A DNA stretch of 64,000 nucleotides, from NCBI GenBank assembly GCA_030390025.1, contig CM059432.1:7378001-7442000 (forward strand), read 5' to 3'. Below are positions 12,275 to 25,258 of this stretch, in pieces (position 1 is the stretch's first letter; each line of letters begins with the position of its first letter). The position numbers and the translations under genes are program-made. The notes below the pieces were generated by a model. It did no database searches, was not told the DNA's origin, and saw only the letters and a program-made list of their open reading frames with translations. The DNA comes from Squalus acanthias. Its lineage: Eukaryota.

Positions 12275-13162
12275 GGGGGAAAAATTCAGTTGGTTGCGCC
12301 TCCCGTTAGTGCCTTAAGAGGGCGCTAATGGGGCGCAAAGCAGCTAGCGCCCGGGCGCAGCGAAGTTTGCGCCGCTCGAGAAATTAACTAGACATTTTGC
12401 GGCGGCGCTGAACACTACCGCCACGATCTCCTGCGCCGGCAGATCATGACGTCACTCGAGTGTGCAACGCCCCGGTATCGCCCCGGAGCGGATATTGAGT
12501 GGCGCCCCCTGCCTTACTGCCTGACGCTAGCAACAACAGGTTGAGGGGAGCGTTCTGGAGTCATGAAGGGAAAGGGGGAGCGCTATTTAAAGGTGACCGC
12601 TTCCTGCCTTTTATTGTTGGTGCCATTTTTGAACTACGCATTCTGAGAGAGAGAGGGAGAGACTTCTGGAGAGATTCAACGTTGTGTGAAGGAGTTTTGG
12701 GTACTGAGCAGCACTTTGCAGGTTCATTTTGATTTTCCTTGTATTGATTTAGCAGAAACTGTGGGGGCTGCACACTGAGCTCTTTGCCTGGTACTCTCCA
12801 TTGTTCTTTCCAGCACATTTGATGTGCAAGTCTCTCCAGGCCGAGATTCAAGGCTGCAATGAGTAGGATGTGGATGGAAAGCAAGATTAACCATCCCCTT
12901 TAAGAACTGGCCCGTGCCATTGTGTGTGTGTTCCATTGCTGACTGACATTACATGAGCTTCGCCAGCGCTCTGAGTTAGCGCCTCGCACCTCGCCCTTTG
13001 CGCCTTAAGACAGGTGTGCAGCGCCTGATTTAGCGCTCCAATCACCTCCAGGGGCGTTAAAAGTGAAGTTTCCAGTCAGTGGCGATAATTAGCGCCAGGC
13101 GCTAATTTTTGCGCCCGGACGATATTTGCGCCCCAAACGGGGCGCGACTGAATTTTTCCCCC
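12275..13162 (-). mobile_element. Harbinger MITE, family A, copy 3, nested in a solo LTR
   Basis: Reverse complement of copy 1; TIR GGGGGAAAAATTCAG; TSD ATA/ATA. Confidence 0.93.
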
Positions 13163-14689
13163 ATAGTGCTGTGTTCCCTTATCTCCCGCTCAAATCTTAA
13201 TGTTTGTCCTTTGTGAAATATTGGCGCTCAAAACTCCCAGCATGGGGTGATTCTTGTCTTTAACGGGTTTCGGTAGCACCTGAGACTGGCCAACTACCCG
13301 TTAATGTTTTCCCCATTGTTGAACCGGCTCGGAGCCTCCCTGGCTGGGTTTTGGGGGCCCCCGAATACTTGTTTAATCACCCGAGAATGGCTCTCTCATT
13401 GTAGAGCCGTGGGGGTATTTGCATATTGATGTGTCTGGATGGGCCTTCGATTGCCCAGTACAATGGTCCTTACTTGTGCATGGAAAACGATTCCAGCACT
13501 CATATCTTTTGCTATTGTCACAAATGCAAACAGGTTGCATCCTGTCTTTATCAGTGCTTATCGAAAATGTTTATTCGAACGCCATCTTGTCTGCCCACTG
13601 TACTTCTGGAAACTTCTGCCACGATGCGCGGCGGCCATTTTACAGGCTTCTGTGTCCTTTATATCATGACAGCATTTCGTTTAAATAAACTGATCAAACG
13701 AATCTGCTTCTATCTCGTTATTTCGAATCGCGATAATTGCGAAACTTTACAAATGGGACGTGCAACCAACTGAATTTTTCCCCCTATGACTCCCAAGGAT
13801 GTTGATAGTATTTTCAAATCAGGGTCAAGTTAATTAAAATTGTTAAATTGGAATAAAAGACTGTCTCATGTGAAACCGAAACAAGCCAATGTTCATTTTA
13901 TGCAGTGCTTTACAAAGCACGAAAGGAAAGAGAAACAAAGGCAGGATTGAAGCTTTTTCTCTCAACTACAATGAAGGGGTTAAGACAGGGAGAAAAGAGA
14001 AAAGATGGGTAAAAGAGTCACCAAAGATTGGTTGCTGACGGTTCTGCACCTGGAGATTAATCTATCGCGGTAACAATGCGTCCTAATGCTGTTGACATTG
14101 AGTCGTCCTTCTTGTGTTGGCATTTAACATAAAATTGAACGACAAACACAGAAGAGCACAACATCAAAAAGCAGTTCTCCAGAAGGAGCCCTCACTCGGG
14201 GAAAACATGCCGCATTCCTTCAACGAAGGAATATGAAAGGCACAGTGTTCCTGAAAATATTCACCGTATGCTGAACAGCGAGTTCCATTAACGACTATTA
14301 AACATGCAACCGTTAAGAAACCCTTGGCTCGGTGAAATGTTATTTTGTGCTGTGGAGGGGAGAGGTAGGAAGTGGTAATTACAGCATAATGATCGGGGGA
14401 ACAAATTAAATTGTCCAATTTTATTGCTTTGAGTAACAGTGGCGCACAGTTAGCAATGAAAATAATCTAAAAGAAGAGGTGAGGGAGTGCTAATGTTGAT
14501 ATATGGTGCAACATAGAATCCGTTACATGAATAATTTATGGCTGTAAAGCCCAAAATATGAATAAATCATGTCAGCTAGAAAACATATACAAATGTTCAA
14601 TAATGGGACAGTTTCTTTGCATCTGTAAGCAAGTAATGTAACAGATGCATACAAGCCTGTGAAGGAAATATGGTCTATTTGTGATGCAT

Positions 14690-16470
14690 GCTTGAGCCAC
14701 GAGGAATGCCGCGACCATATTGGGGAGTTCACGGCGCAGGCCGTTATTAATGCACCAATCGGCCAGCAAGTCCAGGCCAAGAAGAGATACGGTGTGAGTT
14801 GAGAACCACCACAAGCTGCTGGCCGATCTGCGTCGCTCCACCGTTAGCCTCGCGAAAACGGCATCTCGCCCTCAACCTCCCCGTGAGTTTCATGAGGTTG
14901 CTGCATTTGCGCGTTAATCGCCCATTAAACTCGCCGCAGAAATTTGAGTCCAGTGATTAACAGCGTAAGTACCCTTATAACAACGTGATAATTGGTAACG
15001 ATTGCCAATCAACCTCTCTTGCTGAGAAAGTGGACAATTAAAAGTGTGGCGTCTCATTCCTTCAGGATGCTGCAGATTTTAACGATGCCAATTTAAAAAA
15101 GTAAACTGTTTTTCTTACTTTTCCTTTGTTTCTTTTTTCTCTCTTAATCCGAGCTTTCTTTCCCTCTTTTTAATTCTCTTTCTGTACCTGATTTGACTCT
15201 AATTCACCCTATTTCCTTCTCAGTCCTTCCTCTGTTTCTTTCTCAATCCTTAAATCTCCTTGGTTAAGGAGATAGACTGTAGGACTCTCTCCTACTACTG
15301 TTCGGACCTCGAGAATTACAAATAAGCGTAACAATGACAGATAGGTTTGTGATCAATAAAAGTGGCCTTTATGCACACTAGTTTAAAAATTCAAGCTTAC
15401 GTAGAAGCACCCTCGGCAATTCATATGCCCACAGTTTAATAAGTCCGTACATAGAGCATATGAATTGCTGGGAGTACTCCTATGTCTGACCTTCATACAT
15501 ACATCCTTGGGTGATCAGTGGTAGGCTGCATAAGCCGACTGGCCATTTCAACAGCCCCCTTTGTCCTTCTAATTTTCCACTTCTGTGTCTTTCCTTTATA
15601 GTGCCCTCCGGCTTGGGCCCCCTCGCATTTCTCCATCTGCCTCACTCTGATAGGTCAGTTTCACGCCCAACCTTCCCTGATTGGAGTTCCTTCTGCATGA
15701 CACGTTCATGTTCCTGTGATGTGTGTCTGGGCGGGACTTCCTCGTCATCCGGTGTTTCTCTTTCCTGTCCATGTGGTCTTCCAAACAAAGGACCAGATGC
15801 TGTCTGACGTAAGAGAACTACTAGGCACTTGGTCTAAGCGTTAAACAAAGCTTTAATCAACTGTTTTACAACATGGAGATCTAGTTGTGTCCTTCACTAG
15901 TTCCTGTTAAAGAATGTCCTGCGCAAGCTGGGCCCGTGCCCGAGTATTTATACTCTCCCTGGACAGCGCCACCAGCAGGCCACCAGTGTTATTTCATAAG
16001 TCATTTTCCATGAATGACAAGATTCATGTCACTGACCACCTCCATTTTGAATCCTTACAGACAAAGGACCACCTGCTGACTTCCTCCATTTTGAGCCCGT
16101 CCGTTATCATCTCACAGTTAGTTTGCAATTTCGATCTCCACACGGTAGCAGCGGTTTTATTACGTGAATAGCAGCTGTTGGTCCCATCGTCCACTAAGGT
16201 CCCAGGCGCCCCGTTGCCCTTGAACAGAAGAACATAAGAACATAAGAAATAGGAGCAGGAGTAGGCCAATTGGCCCCTCGAGCCTGCACCGCCATTCAAT
16301 AAGATCATGGCTGATCTGATTCTAACCGCCAATCTACTATCACAGAACCATCTCCTGAACCTAACAGAATTGGACACTTGCTGTGCCGTTATCAGCTCGC
16401 GCTTCCAGCAACTGGCTGGGTTAAATTTTTTTGAGCTGCAGGGTGCAGGAAAAGCTCTATCCAGGGCTAC
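14690..16470. mobile_element. Probable old non-autonomous DNA transposon remnant hosting the 15.3-16.2 kb LTR
   Basis: CpG-rich segments flanking an AT-rich core, as in the other MITEs; ends not resolved. Confidence 0.35.
15278..16173 (-). mobile_element. Probable solo LTR
   Basis: TGTAGG...TAGCA termini interrupting GATAGAC/TGTTGGTCCC; minus-strand TATAAA near 15950 and ATTAAA near 15855; TSD is not clean. Confidence 0.55.
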
Positions 16471-16735
16471 GTGAGGCCTGAGGTGGTGTTCCCCTCTTCT
16501 CTCCCCAGCTGAGCCCTATCACTCAAACCTTGTGCTGCCTCTCCAGCTCTGTTTTGTTCTCCTCCTGATCCCACTGCTGCTTCCAGTCGGGATACGAATC
16601 TTCTCAGGCTGTGCACAGGGTGTGCGATAGCAGGACCGTCACTTCCCATCGGTGGCTCTTCATCCTCCTATCTCCACCCCGAGACTGGCGGACCTCCCTT
16701 CCCTTATCTCAGTCAATAGCACCTCCACAATTTTT

Positions 16736-16874
16736 TCGCTCGCTCGCTCGCTCACTCACTCACTCACTCACTCACTCACTCACTCACTCACTCACTCACT
16801 CACTCACTCACTCACTCACTCACTCACTCACTCACTCACTCACTCACTCACTCACTCACTCACTCACTCACTCA
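16736..16874 (+). repeat. (CTCG)n(CTCA)n tetranucleotide microsatellite
   Basis: About 30 perfect CTCA units preceded by a few CTCG units. Confidence 0.97.
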
Positions 16875-17085
16875 CAGACACTGACATCCTCTCATTTAAG
16901 AAAAAAAACACTCATCTATCAGGAAAGGATGAACAGGCTGGGGCTCTTTTCTCTTGAAAAGAGAAGGCTGGGGGGTGCCCCAATAGAGGTCTTTAAAATT
17001 ATTAAAGGTTTCGATCGAGTAGACACAGAAAGAGAGTGTTTCCACTATTGGTGAAGAGCATAACTAGAGGCCATCAATGTAAGAT

Positions 17086-18217
17086 TGAAGGGATAATTAC
17101 TAGTCCTAGCCCCTTTAGGGCTACCCTGGATCAGGTGTATTTCTCAGACGTTCACTTTCAACTAAAGTTTGAGGTAGCCGAATCCTAAAGACGCTTAATT
17201 GGGTCTAAAGGTCCGGACTATCTCTCCCTAAAGGAAAGGAACAACCTGAAGATGTTACCGTCCTCCAGATAGCACTTTAAATAAGTTTAGCTAGACTGTA
17301 ACGTTCCAGATATTATAAGGGTCCGGAAAACTCCCCCAGAATTCTGCAACTCCTCACCAGTGTACAGAGATTGAGTTCGCGAGTTTTTGATACAGAATTC
17401 TTGTATGAGACAATTCTAAAAATATATAGATTTATTAATGAACCGACATGCAGTTTACAGTTGGTGAGTTAATCGCAACATTAACAGTTCCAAAAAGAGA
17501 AAGCTTACAATCCTATTATCAGAGAACCTTACTTTCAAATCTTAACTTCGCTACAGTTTTACAGTTCTTAAAGTTCTATTCAGGATATCCACCAAAATCA
17601 AATACCTTTGATCCCCGAGGTACAAAGAGTTGGAGACTTACAGAGCCGCTTCTGAAGCCGAGAATCGCTTTGCCCGATTAAAGCGAGTCTGTTATCCCAT
17701 TTGAGAGTTCAATATTTATACCCTTTTCCAGTGGTATTTCCTTTAAGGTTTTCTGCTGATGTAAGCTAATTATCTCTAGTCATTTTTCTGCTGACTTCTG
17801 CAATTCTTACAGTCACCTCAGCTGGTAGCATTACAGAATTATGTCTCCTCTCTAGGTGTTCTAAGTTTACCATAAAAAACGGTGTGATGGCAGGTGTGTT
17901 TTTTACTTGATGTCTTTTTTACGAAGGCAGATGTTTGTGCTTCTTTATGAGGTGTAAATTAGAACACCTTATCCAGGGTGAACCATTGTTTTGTTCCCAA
18001 AGGTCAGCATGTCGGGAGCCTTTAACCTTCTGTTTCAATAAGGTTATTTATTCAGGGTCAACAACTATCTTATCTCAATAGCCAGAATGCTTTCATAACT
18101 ATTTCATAGTTAGGTTTCTAGATTTCCAAACCCAGTTTGTCATGTTTTAATAAGGCCAGAATTCTTTCATGAGACAGTGTATTTGTCTGAATAGGTTATA
18201 TGGCTTATCCCTTCACA
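17086..18217 (-). mobile_element. Solo LTR inserted in a CR1 3' fragment
   Basis: TGAAGGGATAA...TTATCCCTTCACA inverted termini; 4-bp TSD AGAT; minus-strand TATAAA near 17718 and AATAAA near 17433; CR1 rejoins across it. Confidence 0.85.
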
Positions 18218-19474
18218 AGATAGTCACCAAGAAATCAAATAGGGAATTCAGGAGAAACTTCTTTATCCAGAGAGTGGTGAGAATGTGGAAGTCGCTACCA
18301 CAGGGAGTGGTTGAAGCGAATAGTCTAGATGCATTTAAGGGGAGGCTGGACAAGTATATGAGGGAGAAGGGAATAGAGCGTTATGCTGATAGAGTTAGAT
18401 GAGGAAGGATGAGAAGAGGATCGAGTGGAGCATAAACACCGGCATGGACTGGTTGGGCCGAATGGCCTATGTCTGTGCTGTATATCCTATGTAATCCGAT
18501 GTAATGGTAAAGTTTACCTGAATAAAGCTTTTGAAATTTGTCCTCTAGATTTTCTTCAAATAATTCGGGGGAAAAAAACGACTAAATAGATTTTATTGGA
18601 GATTAAGAGAGAAGCACTCTCTTAAATCAGTTAAATCCTGTTGATGGATCCTGGTAAATTGTGCACACACTGTACATGCTCACACTTCAGGATAATAGAA
18701 TAACTGCTTTTGGGAAAAAAATATCTTGTTATTGTGAAATATGCAACTCCTGAATGTTTTTATTTAATTTTTGGCAGAAGTTAAAGCCTTCCATTGAAAA
18801 GGTATAAAAAATAGACAACAAAAACATTTCAGTTGCTATCTTTAGTCGTGTTATTGTGAAATACATATTTTTTATTTTATTTATTTCTGTCCTTTCTTTG
18901 GACATCAGAAATGTCAGGTTCTGAGTAAAAAAAAAAATGGCAGCTGAAAATATTTTCAAGTAGCATTTTGAATGATTCGATTGGTCCACCAACAAATGGC
19001 AAAATGTTGACATGTTTTTGTGGGGCTTTTTCCATCATAAATGTTGACATAAAAATGTCATCAAAAACAATCGTGAAAACCGGAAGTAAGGGTTGTGGAC
19101 AGGAGGTGCTTTTCAGTGAGATGCAAATAGATATTGGGAGGCAGAATGATGTCAATGCACCTCACAATGTCAACACATCACCCCAAAAAGGGATCAGTTT
19201 AATCCTAAGTATATTCAACGTGACATGCGCTCCTTGTATACTGGCTTTAAACAGTTCAGTCCCGATAGATAGGCTTCAATATTTTAAGACTCGGATGCCC
19301 AGCCTCAGTTCTGTCATTTATTAACAAAGGGGTGATTTCTTTCCCTTAAAAAGTTGCAGTTTTCGAAATCATGCCTTTCAAAAAGGTGAAACCAAGTAAA
19401 AAAATACAGGAGAAGTGGGCACCGCAATTCCACTGATTCCGTCAATACTTCCTGATATTCTGTTCCATTCACAG

Positions 19475-19529
19475 CTTCGGTCTTGAATATCCAGACTGGA
19501 ATGAACGTGACCTGCATCAACTGAGCAAG
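19475..19529 (+). other. Candidate 55-nt host-gene exon (FGLEYPDWNERDLHQLSK)
   Basis: ttctgttccattcacag acceptor, AAG|GTAAGA donor, in unique sequence; protein not recognised. Confidence 0.25.
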
Positions 19530-19756
19530 GTAAGAGGTTGCCTGCTTTTTAACATTGATGCTTAATCAGTTTTATCTAGACAGCCCAGAAAATGAGTTTT
19601 ATCTGCACCGCAGAATCATCCAATCATCTCTATCTGCCTAGGTCTAGGGGGAATTTTTCGCAAAAGGAATGAAAGACCAGCAGCAACCATCAGATAAAGA
19701 AAGGACAAAGACATTTTCTACATCCATCCCAACACAACAGACGAAAGGAAAGAAAC

Positions 19757-20082
19757 ATTTTTTTATTATTCGTTCACGGGATCTGGTCGTCGCTGGCAAG
19801 GGCAGCATTTATTGCCCATCCCTAATTGCCCTCGAGAAGGTGGTGGTGAGCCGCCTTCTTGAACTGCCGGAGTCCGTGTGGTGAAGGTACTCCCTCAGTG
19901 CTGTTAGGGAGGGAGTTTTGGATTTTGACCCAGCAACGATGAAGGAACGGCCCGATATATTTCCAAGTCGGGATGGTGTGTGACTTGGAGAGGAACTCGG
20001 AGGTGGTGGTGTTCCCATGCGCCTGCTGCCCTTGTCCTTCTAGGTAGTAGAGGTCGCGGGTTTGGGAGGTGCTGCCGAAGAG
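19757..20082 (-). mobile_element. 3' tail fragment of the same LINE family
   Basis: Matches ~22105-22420. Confidence 0.8.
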
Positions 20083-21086
20083 GAAACATAGAAAAGAAAG
20101 AAAGAGAGAGAAAGAAAGAAAAACTTCCATTTCATGACCTCAGGACGTCCCAAAGCGCATTCCAGCCAATGAAGTACTTTTCGAGTGTAGTCACTGTTGT
20201 AATGTAGGAATGAGATATATTGTGGTGCATTGCAGTAAATATCATTAAAGCACAACATTATGTTTGGCAGAAGGGGCATTAGAGAGATTTGCAAGGCACA
20301 TTGAATCGCAACATTTTTAAGTCTGCGCCAATGTATAAACAATCACAAAGCAATTAAATTAGGCTCACAATTTTAACCTATCCAGAGAGCAGTAATTCTA
20401 AGATTACAAAGAATAATTGCTGCTCTTCTAGTTAAGGATTAGACACTGATTGGTGAGGATGTGTGTCGTTCTGTGCAGGTTACTACATCAGTATTTGTTA
20501 TGGCATGAGAGCTAACACAAACCTTGGACCAGGTTGATTTATAAGAACATAAGAAATAGGAGCAGGAGTCGGCCATTCGGCCCTTCGAGCCTGCTCCGAC
20601 ATTCAATGAGATCATGGCTGATCTTCTGCCTCAACTCCATTCACCGGCCCTATCGCAATATCCCTTGATGCCCTTACTGGTCAGAAATCTATCGACTTCT
20701 GTTTATGTTCATCTTATGTAGTCAGGCTTTGAGTTTATTGTAGTTCGGATTTTGTAGCATAGTTATTGAAAAACAATTATACACATTTACTCTTGAATGG
20801 TCGATTTTAACCCCTGGCGAGTGTGGATAGCAATCCCGCGCGGGTGCCTTAGTCGGAGGCCAGGCAGAATTTAACCGCAGAGTCTTATTAGAATGCCGCC
20901 GGTCAGCTGCTCACCTGTTTCGAGTCCTCCTCCTTGCCCCACAAGGATTCCTCGGGCCTCCCCTGCCCCGGGATTCCCTCCCCCCCCTCCGATCGTGGAC
21001 TTGCCCAACCCTCCCACCCAAATCATTGCTTACCTTGCTGGTGTAAGCTGTGTCTCAGTGAGTAAATAGCGTCTATAGTTTATCGA

Positions 21087-21519
21087 GTCAGCGGTGGCTC
21101 AGTGGGCAGCGCTCCAGCCTCCAAGTCAGAAGGTTGTGGGTTCATAGTCCCCACTCCTGAGACTTGAGCACAAAAATCTAGGCTGGCACTCCCAGTGCGG
21201 TCTTTTGGATGAGACGTTAAACCGAGGCTCTGCCTCCCCTTGCAGGCCGATGTAAAAGATCCCAGGGCCACTATTCGAAGAAGAGCAGGGGATGTCTCCA
21301 TGAAGTTCACGCCAATATTTAGCGCTCAACCACTAAAACAGATTATCTGTTCCAATCACATTCTTGTTTGTGGGAGCTTGCTGTGCGCAAATTGGCTGCC
21401 CAGTTTCCTACATTACAACTGTGACTACACTCCAAAAGTACTTCATCGGCTGTAAAGCACTTCGGGACGTCCTTGGGTTGTGAAAGGCACTAAATAAATG
21501 CAAGTCTTTCTTTCTTTTT
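21087..21519 (+). mobile_element. Deu-domain SINE
   Basis: Same family. Confidence 0.82.
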
Positions 21520-22099
21520 AAGGTGCAGGACTGTTTTGGGTAATTTAAATGTCGTGAACTTTTGACTGTCGGCTAATGGAAAACCCAGCCTGTCAGTTAA
21601 CGACAAACAACAGACTTGTCTTCTGTGAGGAAAAACAACAGTAAACAGACATAGAGCAGAAAAAAATCTCGACTTTGGACACGGCAACAAAAACATGCCG
21701 GAGGAGGCTCCTACGATGGTAGTTGGAAACCATAAGACTAAGCCTCAAAACTGGATAAAAGGAGAATGAACTGTGCTATCGGCAGGAGAAGCAGCATGAA
21801 GAAGAGAAGGAAGACTCGCTTCAGTAAGACACTCCCGGGCTCCCCTCCAGAATAGCGGTCTGGTCAATCTGCGTTCTGAATCGTATTCCGCAGTTGTGAG
21901 TATTGTTTCGAGCTGTTGCTTATTGTTGTTTGCCCATCGAATAAAGTGCTTAGTAATCTTAATACCAGTTTCAGTGGCTGTTAAAATCTCCCGGGCCTCA
22001 CGCATGTAAGGTTCACCGCCTGCTTCAGCCCCCACATCCCCCCCCCACCGAATCACGCCCTGAGTTAAAATTGGCCCTATAGATACTGAATCCATATGG

Positions 22100-25000
22100 A
22101 TTTTTAAAAATTCGATCCTGGGATGTGGGCGTCGCTGGCAAGGCCAGCATTTATCGCCCATCCATAATTGCCCTTGAGCAGGTGGTGGTGAGCCACCTTC
22201 TTGAACTGCTGCAGTCCGTGTGGTGAAGGTACTCCCACAGTGCTGTTAGGTAGGGAGTTCCAGGATTTTGACACAGTGACGATGAAGGATCGGCGATATA
22301 CTTCTAAGTCAGGATGGTGTGTAACCTGGAGGGGAACTTGGAGGTGGTGGTGTTCCCATGCGCCTGCTGCCCTTGTCCTTCTAGGTGGTGGAGATCGCGG
22401 GTTTGGGAGGTGCTGTCGAAGAAGCCTTGGCGAGTTGCTGCAGTGCATCTTGTAGACGGTACACACTGCAGCCACGATACGCCGGTGGTGGAGGGAGTGA
22501 ATGTTTAAGGTGGTGGATGGGGTGCCAATCAAGCGGGTTGCTTTGTCCTGGATGGTGTTGAGCTTCTTGAGTGTTGCTGGAGCTGCACTCATCCAGGCAA
22601 GTGGAAGGTATTCCATCATACTCCTAACATGTGCCTTGTAGATGGTGGGAAGGCTTTGGAGAGTCAGGAGGTGACACACTCGCCACAGAATACCCAGCCT
22701 CTGACCTGCTCTTGTTGCCACAGTATTTATGTGGCTGGTCCAGTTAAGTTTCTGGTCAATGGTGACCCCAGGATGTTGTGGTGGGGGATTCGGGTGATGC
22801 TGATGCCGTTGAATGTCAAGGGGCGGTGGTTAGACTCTCGTTTGCTGGAGATAGTCATCGCCTGGCAATTGTATGGCGCAAATGTTACCTGTCACTTATC
22901 AGTCCAAGCCCGAATGTCATCCAGGTCTTGGTGCATGCAGGCATGGACAGCTTCATTATCTGAGGAGTTGCGAATGGAACTGAACATTGTGCAGTCATCA
23001 GCGAACATCCCCACTTCTGACCTTATGATGGAGGGAAGGTCATTGATGAAGCAGCTGAAGATGGTTGGGCCTAGGACACTGCCCTGAGGAAGTCCTGCAG
23101 CGATGTCCTGGGGCTGAGATGATTGAGATCCAACAACCACAACCATCTTCCTTTGTGCTAGGTATGACTTCAGCTCAGTGGAGAGTTTCCCCCCCGATTC
23201 CCATTGACTTCAATTTTACTCTTTGATGCCAGACTCGGTCAAATGCTGCTTTGCTGTCAAGGGCAGTCACTCTCACCTCACCTCTGGAATTCAGCTCTTT
23301 TGTCCATGTTTGGACCAAGGCTGTAATGAGGTCTGGAGCTGAGTGGTCCTTGCAGAACCCAAACTGAGCAGGTTATTGGTGAGTAAGTCGATGACACCTT
23401 CAATCACTTTGCTGATGATTGAGAGTAGACTGATGGGGTGGTAATTGGCCGGTATGGATTTGACCTGCTTTTTGTGGACAGGACATACCTGGGCAGTTTT
23501 CCACATTGTCGGGTAGATGCCAGTGTTGTAGCTGTACTGGAACAGCTTGGCTAGAGGCGCGGCTAGTTCTAGAGCACAAGTCTTCAGCACGATAGCCAGG
23601 ATGTTGTCGGGGCCCATAGCCTTTGCTGTATCCAGTGTGCTCAGCCGTTTCTTGATATCACGTGGAGTGAATCGAATTGGCTGAAGACTGGCTTCTGTGA
23701 TGGTGGGGACCTCAGGAGGAGGCCGATATGGATCATCCACTCGGCACTTCTGGCTGAAGATGGTTGCAAATGCTTCAGCCTTGTCTTTTGCACTCGCGTG
23801 CTGTGCTCCGCCATCATTGAGGATGGGGATATTCATGGAGCCTCCTCCTCCCGTTAGTTGTTTAATGGTCCACCACCATTCACGATTGGATGTGGCAGGA
23901 CTGCAGAGCTTTGATCTGATCCATTGATTGTGGGATCGCTTAGCTCTGTCTATAGCATGCTGCTTCCGCTGTTTAGCATGCATGTAGTCCTGTCTTGCAG
24001 CTTTCCCAGGTTGGCACCTCATTTTTAGGTATGCCTGGTGCTGCTCCTGGCATGCTCTTCTGCACATCTCATTGAACCAGGGTTGGTTCCCTGGCTTGAT
24101 GGTAATGGTAGAGTGAGGGATATGCCGGGCCATGAGGTTACAGATTATGGTGAAATACATTTCTGCTGCTGCTGATGGCCCACAGCGCCTCATGGATGCC
24201 CAGTTTTGAGCTGCTAGTTCTGTTCTGAATCTATCCCATTTAGCACGGTGGTAGTGCCACACAACACAATGGAGGGTGTCCTCAGTGTGAAGACGGGACT
24301 TCATCTCCACTAGGACTGTGCGGTGGTCACTGCTACAAATACTGTCATGGACAGATGCATCTGCAACAGGTAGATTGGTGAGGATGAGGTCAAGTAGGTT
24401 TTTCCCTCGTGTTGGTTCTCTCACCACCTGCCACAGGTCCAGTCTGGCAGTTATGTCGTTCAGGACTCGGCCAGCTTGGTCAGTAGCGGTGCTACCGAGC
24501 CACTCTTGGCGATGGACATTGAAGTCCCCCACCTAGAGTACATTCTGTGCCCTTGTTACCCTCAGTGGCTCTTCCAAGTGGTGTTCAACATGGAGGAGTA
24601 CTGATTCATCAGCTGAGGAAGGGCGGTAGGTGGTAATCAGCAGGAGGTTTCCTTGCCCATTCTTGACCTGAAGCCATGAGATGACATGGGGTCCGGAGTC
24701 AATGTTGAGGACTCCCAGGGCCACTCCCTCCCGACTGTATACCACTGCGCTGCCACCCCTGGTGGATCTGTCCTGCCGGCGGGACAGGACATACCCGGTG
24801 ATGGTGATGGAGGATTCTGGGACGTGGTTGAAAGATATGATTCTGTGAGTATGACTATGTCAGGCTGTTGCTTGACTAGTCTGTGGGACAGCTCTCCCAA
24901 TTGTGACACAAGTCCTCAGATGTTGGTGAGGACGACTTTGCAGGGTCGACTGGGCTGGGCGTGCCTTTGTCGTGTCCGAAGCCGATGCCGGGTGGTCCGT

Positions 25001-25258
25001 CTGTTTTTTTAATTCTTATTATTGTTTTTCGTAGCAGTTTGTTACAACAGAGTGGCTTGCTCGGCCATTTCAGAGGGCACTGAAGAGTCAACCACATTGC
25101 TGTGGGTCTGGAGTCACATATAGGCCAGACTGGGTAAGGACGGCAGATTTCCTTCCCTAAAGGACAGTAGTGAACCAGATGGGTTTTTGCGACAATCCGA
25201 TAGCTTCATGGCCACCATTACTGATACTAGCTTTTTATTCCAGATCTATTTAATTAAT
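22100..25258 (-). mobile_element. Near full-length APE+RT LINE (CR1 group, possibly Zenon-like), disrupted
   Basis: APE motifs PDIVILTESYL, ITTYRP, MGDFNVH, SSDH; RT motifs KAMGPD, PQGSVLGP, FADD; several frameshifts and a stop; no room for an ORF1; 5' segment matches a SINE core. Confidence 0.88.

Larger units (their letters stand above)
11183..13751 (-). mobile_element. Solo LTR, ~1.7 kb after removing the nested MITE
   Basis: TGTAAG...TTTACA termini; 4-bp TSD AATG (11179-11182, 13752-13755); minus-strand AATAAA near 11415; no coding content. Confidence 0.85.
10319..13784 (+). mobile_element. Harbinger MITE, family A, copy 2 (10319-11182 and 13756-13784), split by a solo LTR
   Basis: TSD TAT/TAT; the MITE sequence resumes exactly after the inserted LTR. 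Confidence 0.9.

Noticed and set aside
14164..14418. Host exon candidates at 14.2-14.35 kb, 1.6-1.8 kb and 41.3-41.7 kb
   Set aside because: Acceptor-like sites are present, but there is no consistent donor/frame pair and no recognisable protein
16611..17054. SLTH-repeat protein
   Set aside because: Translation of the (CTCA)n microsatellite running into a CR1 fragment
17086..18217. DNA transposon, based on the 11-bp terminal inverted repeat
   Set aside because: TG...CA ends, 4-bp TSD and ordered TATA/poly(A) signals fit a solo LTR better
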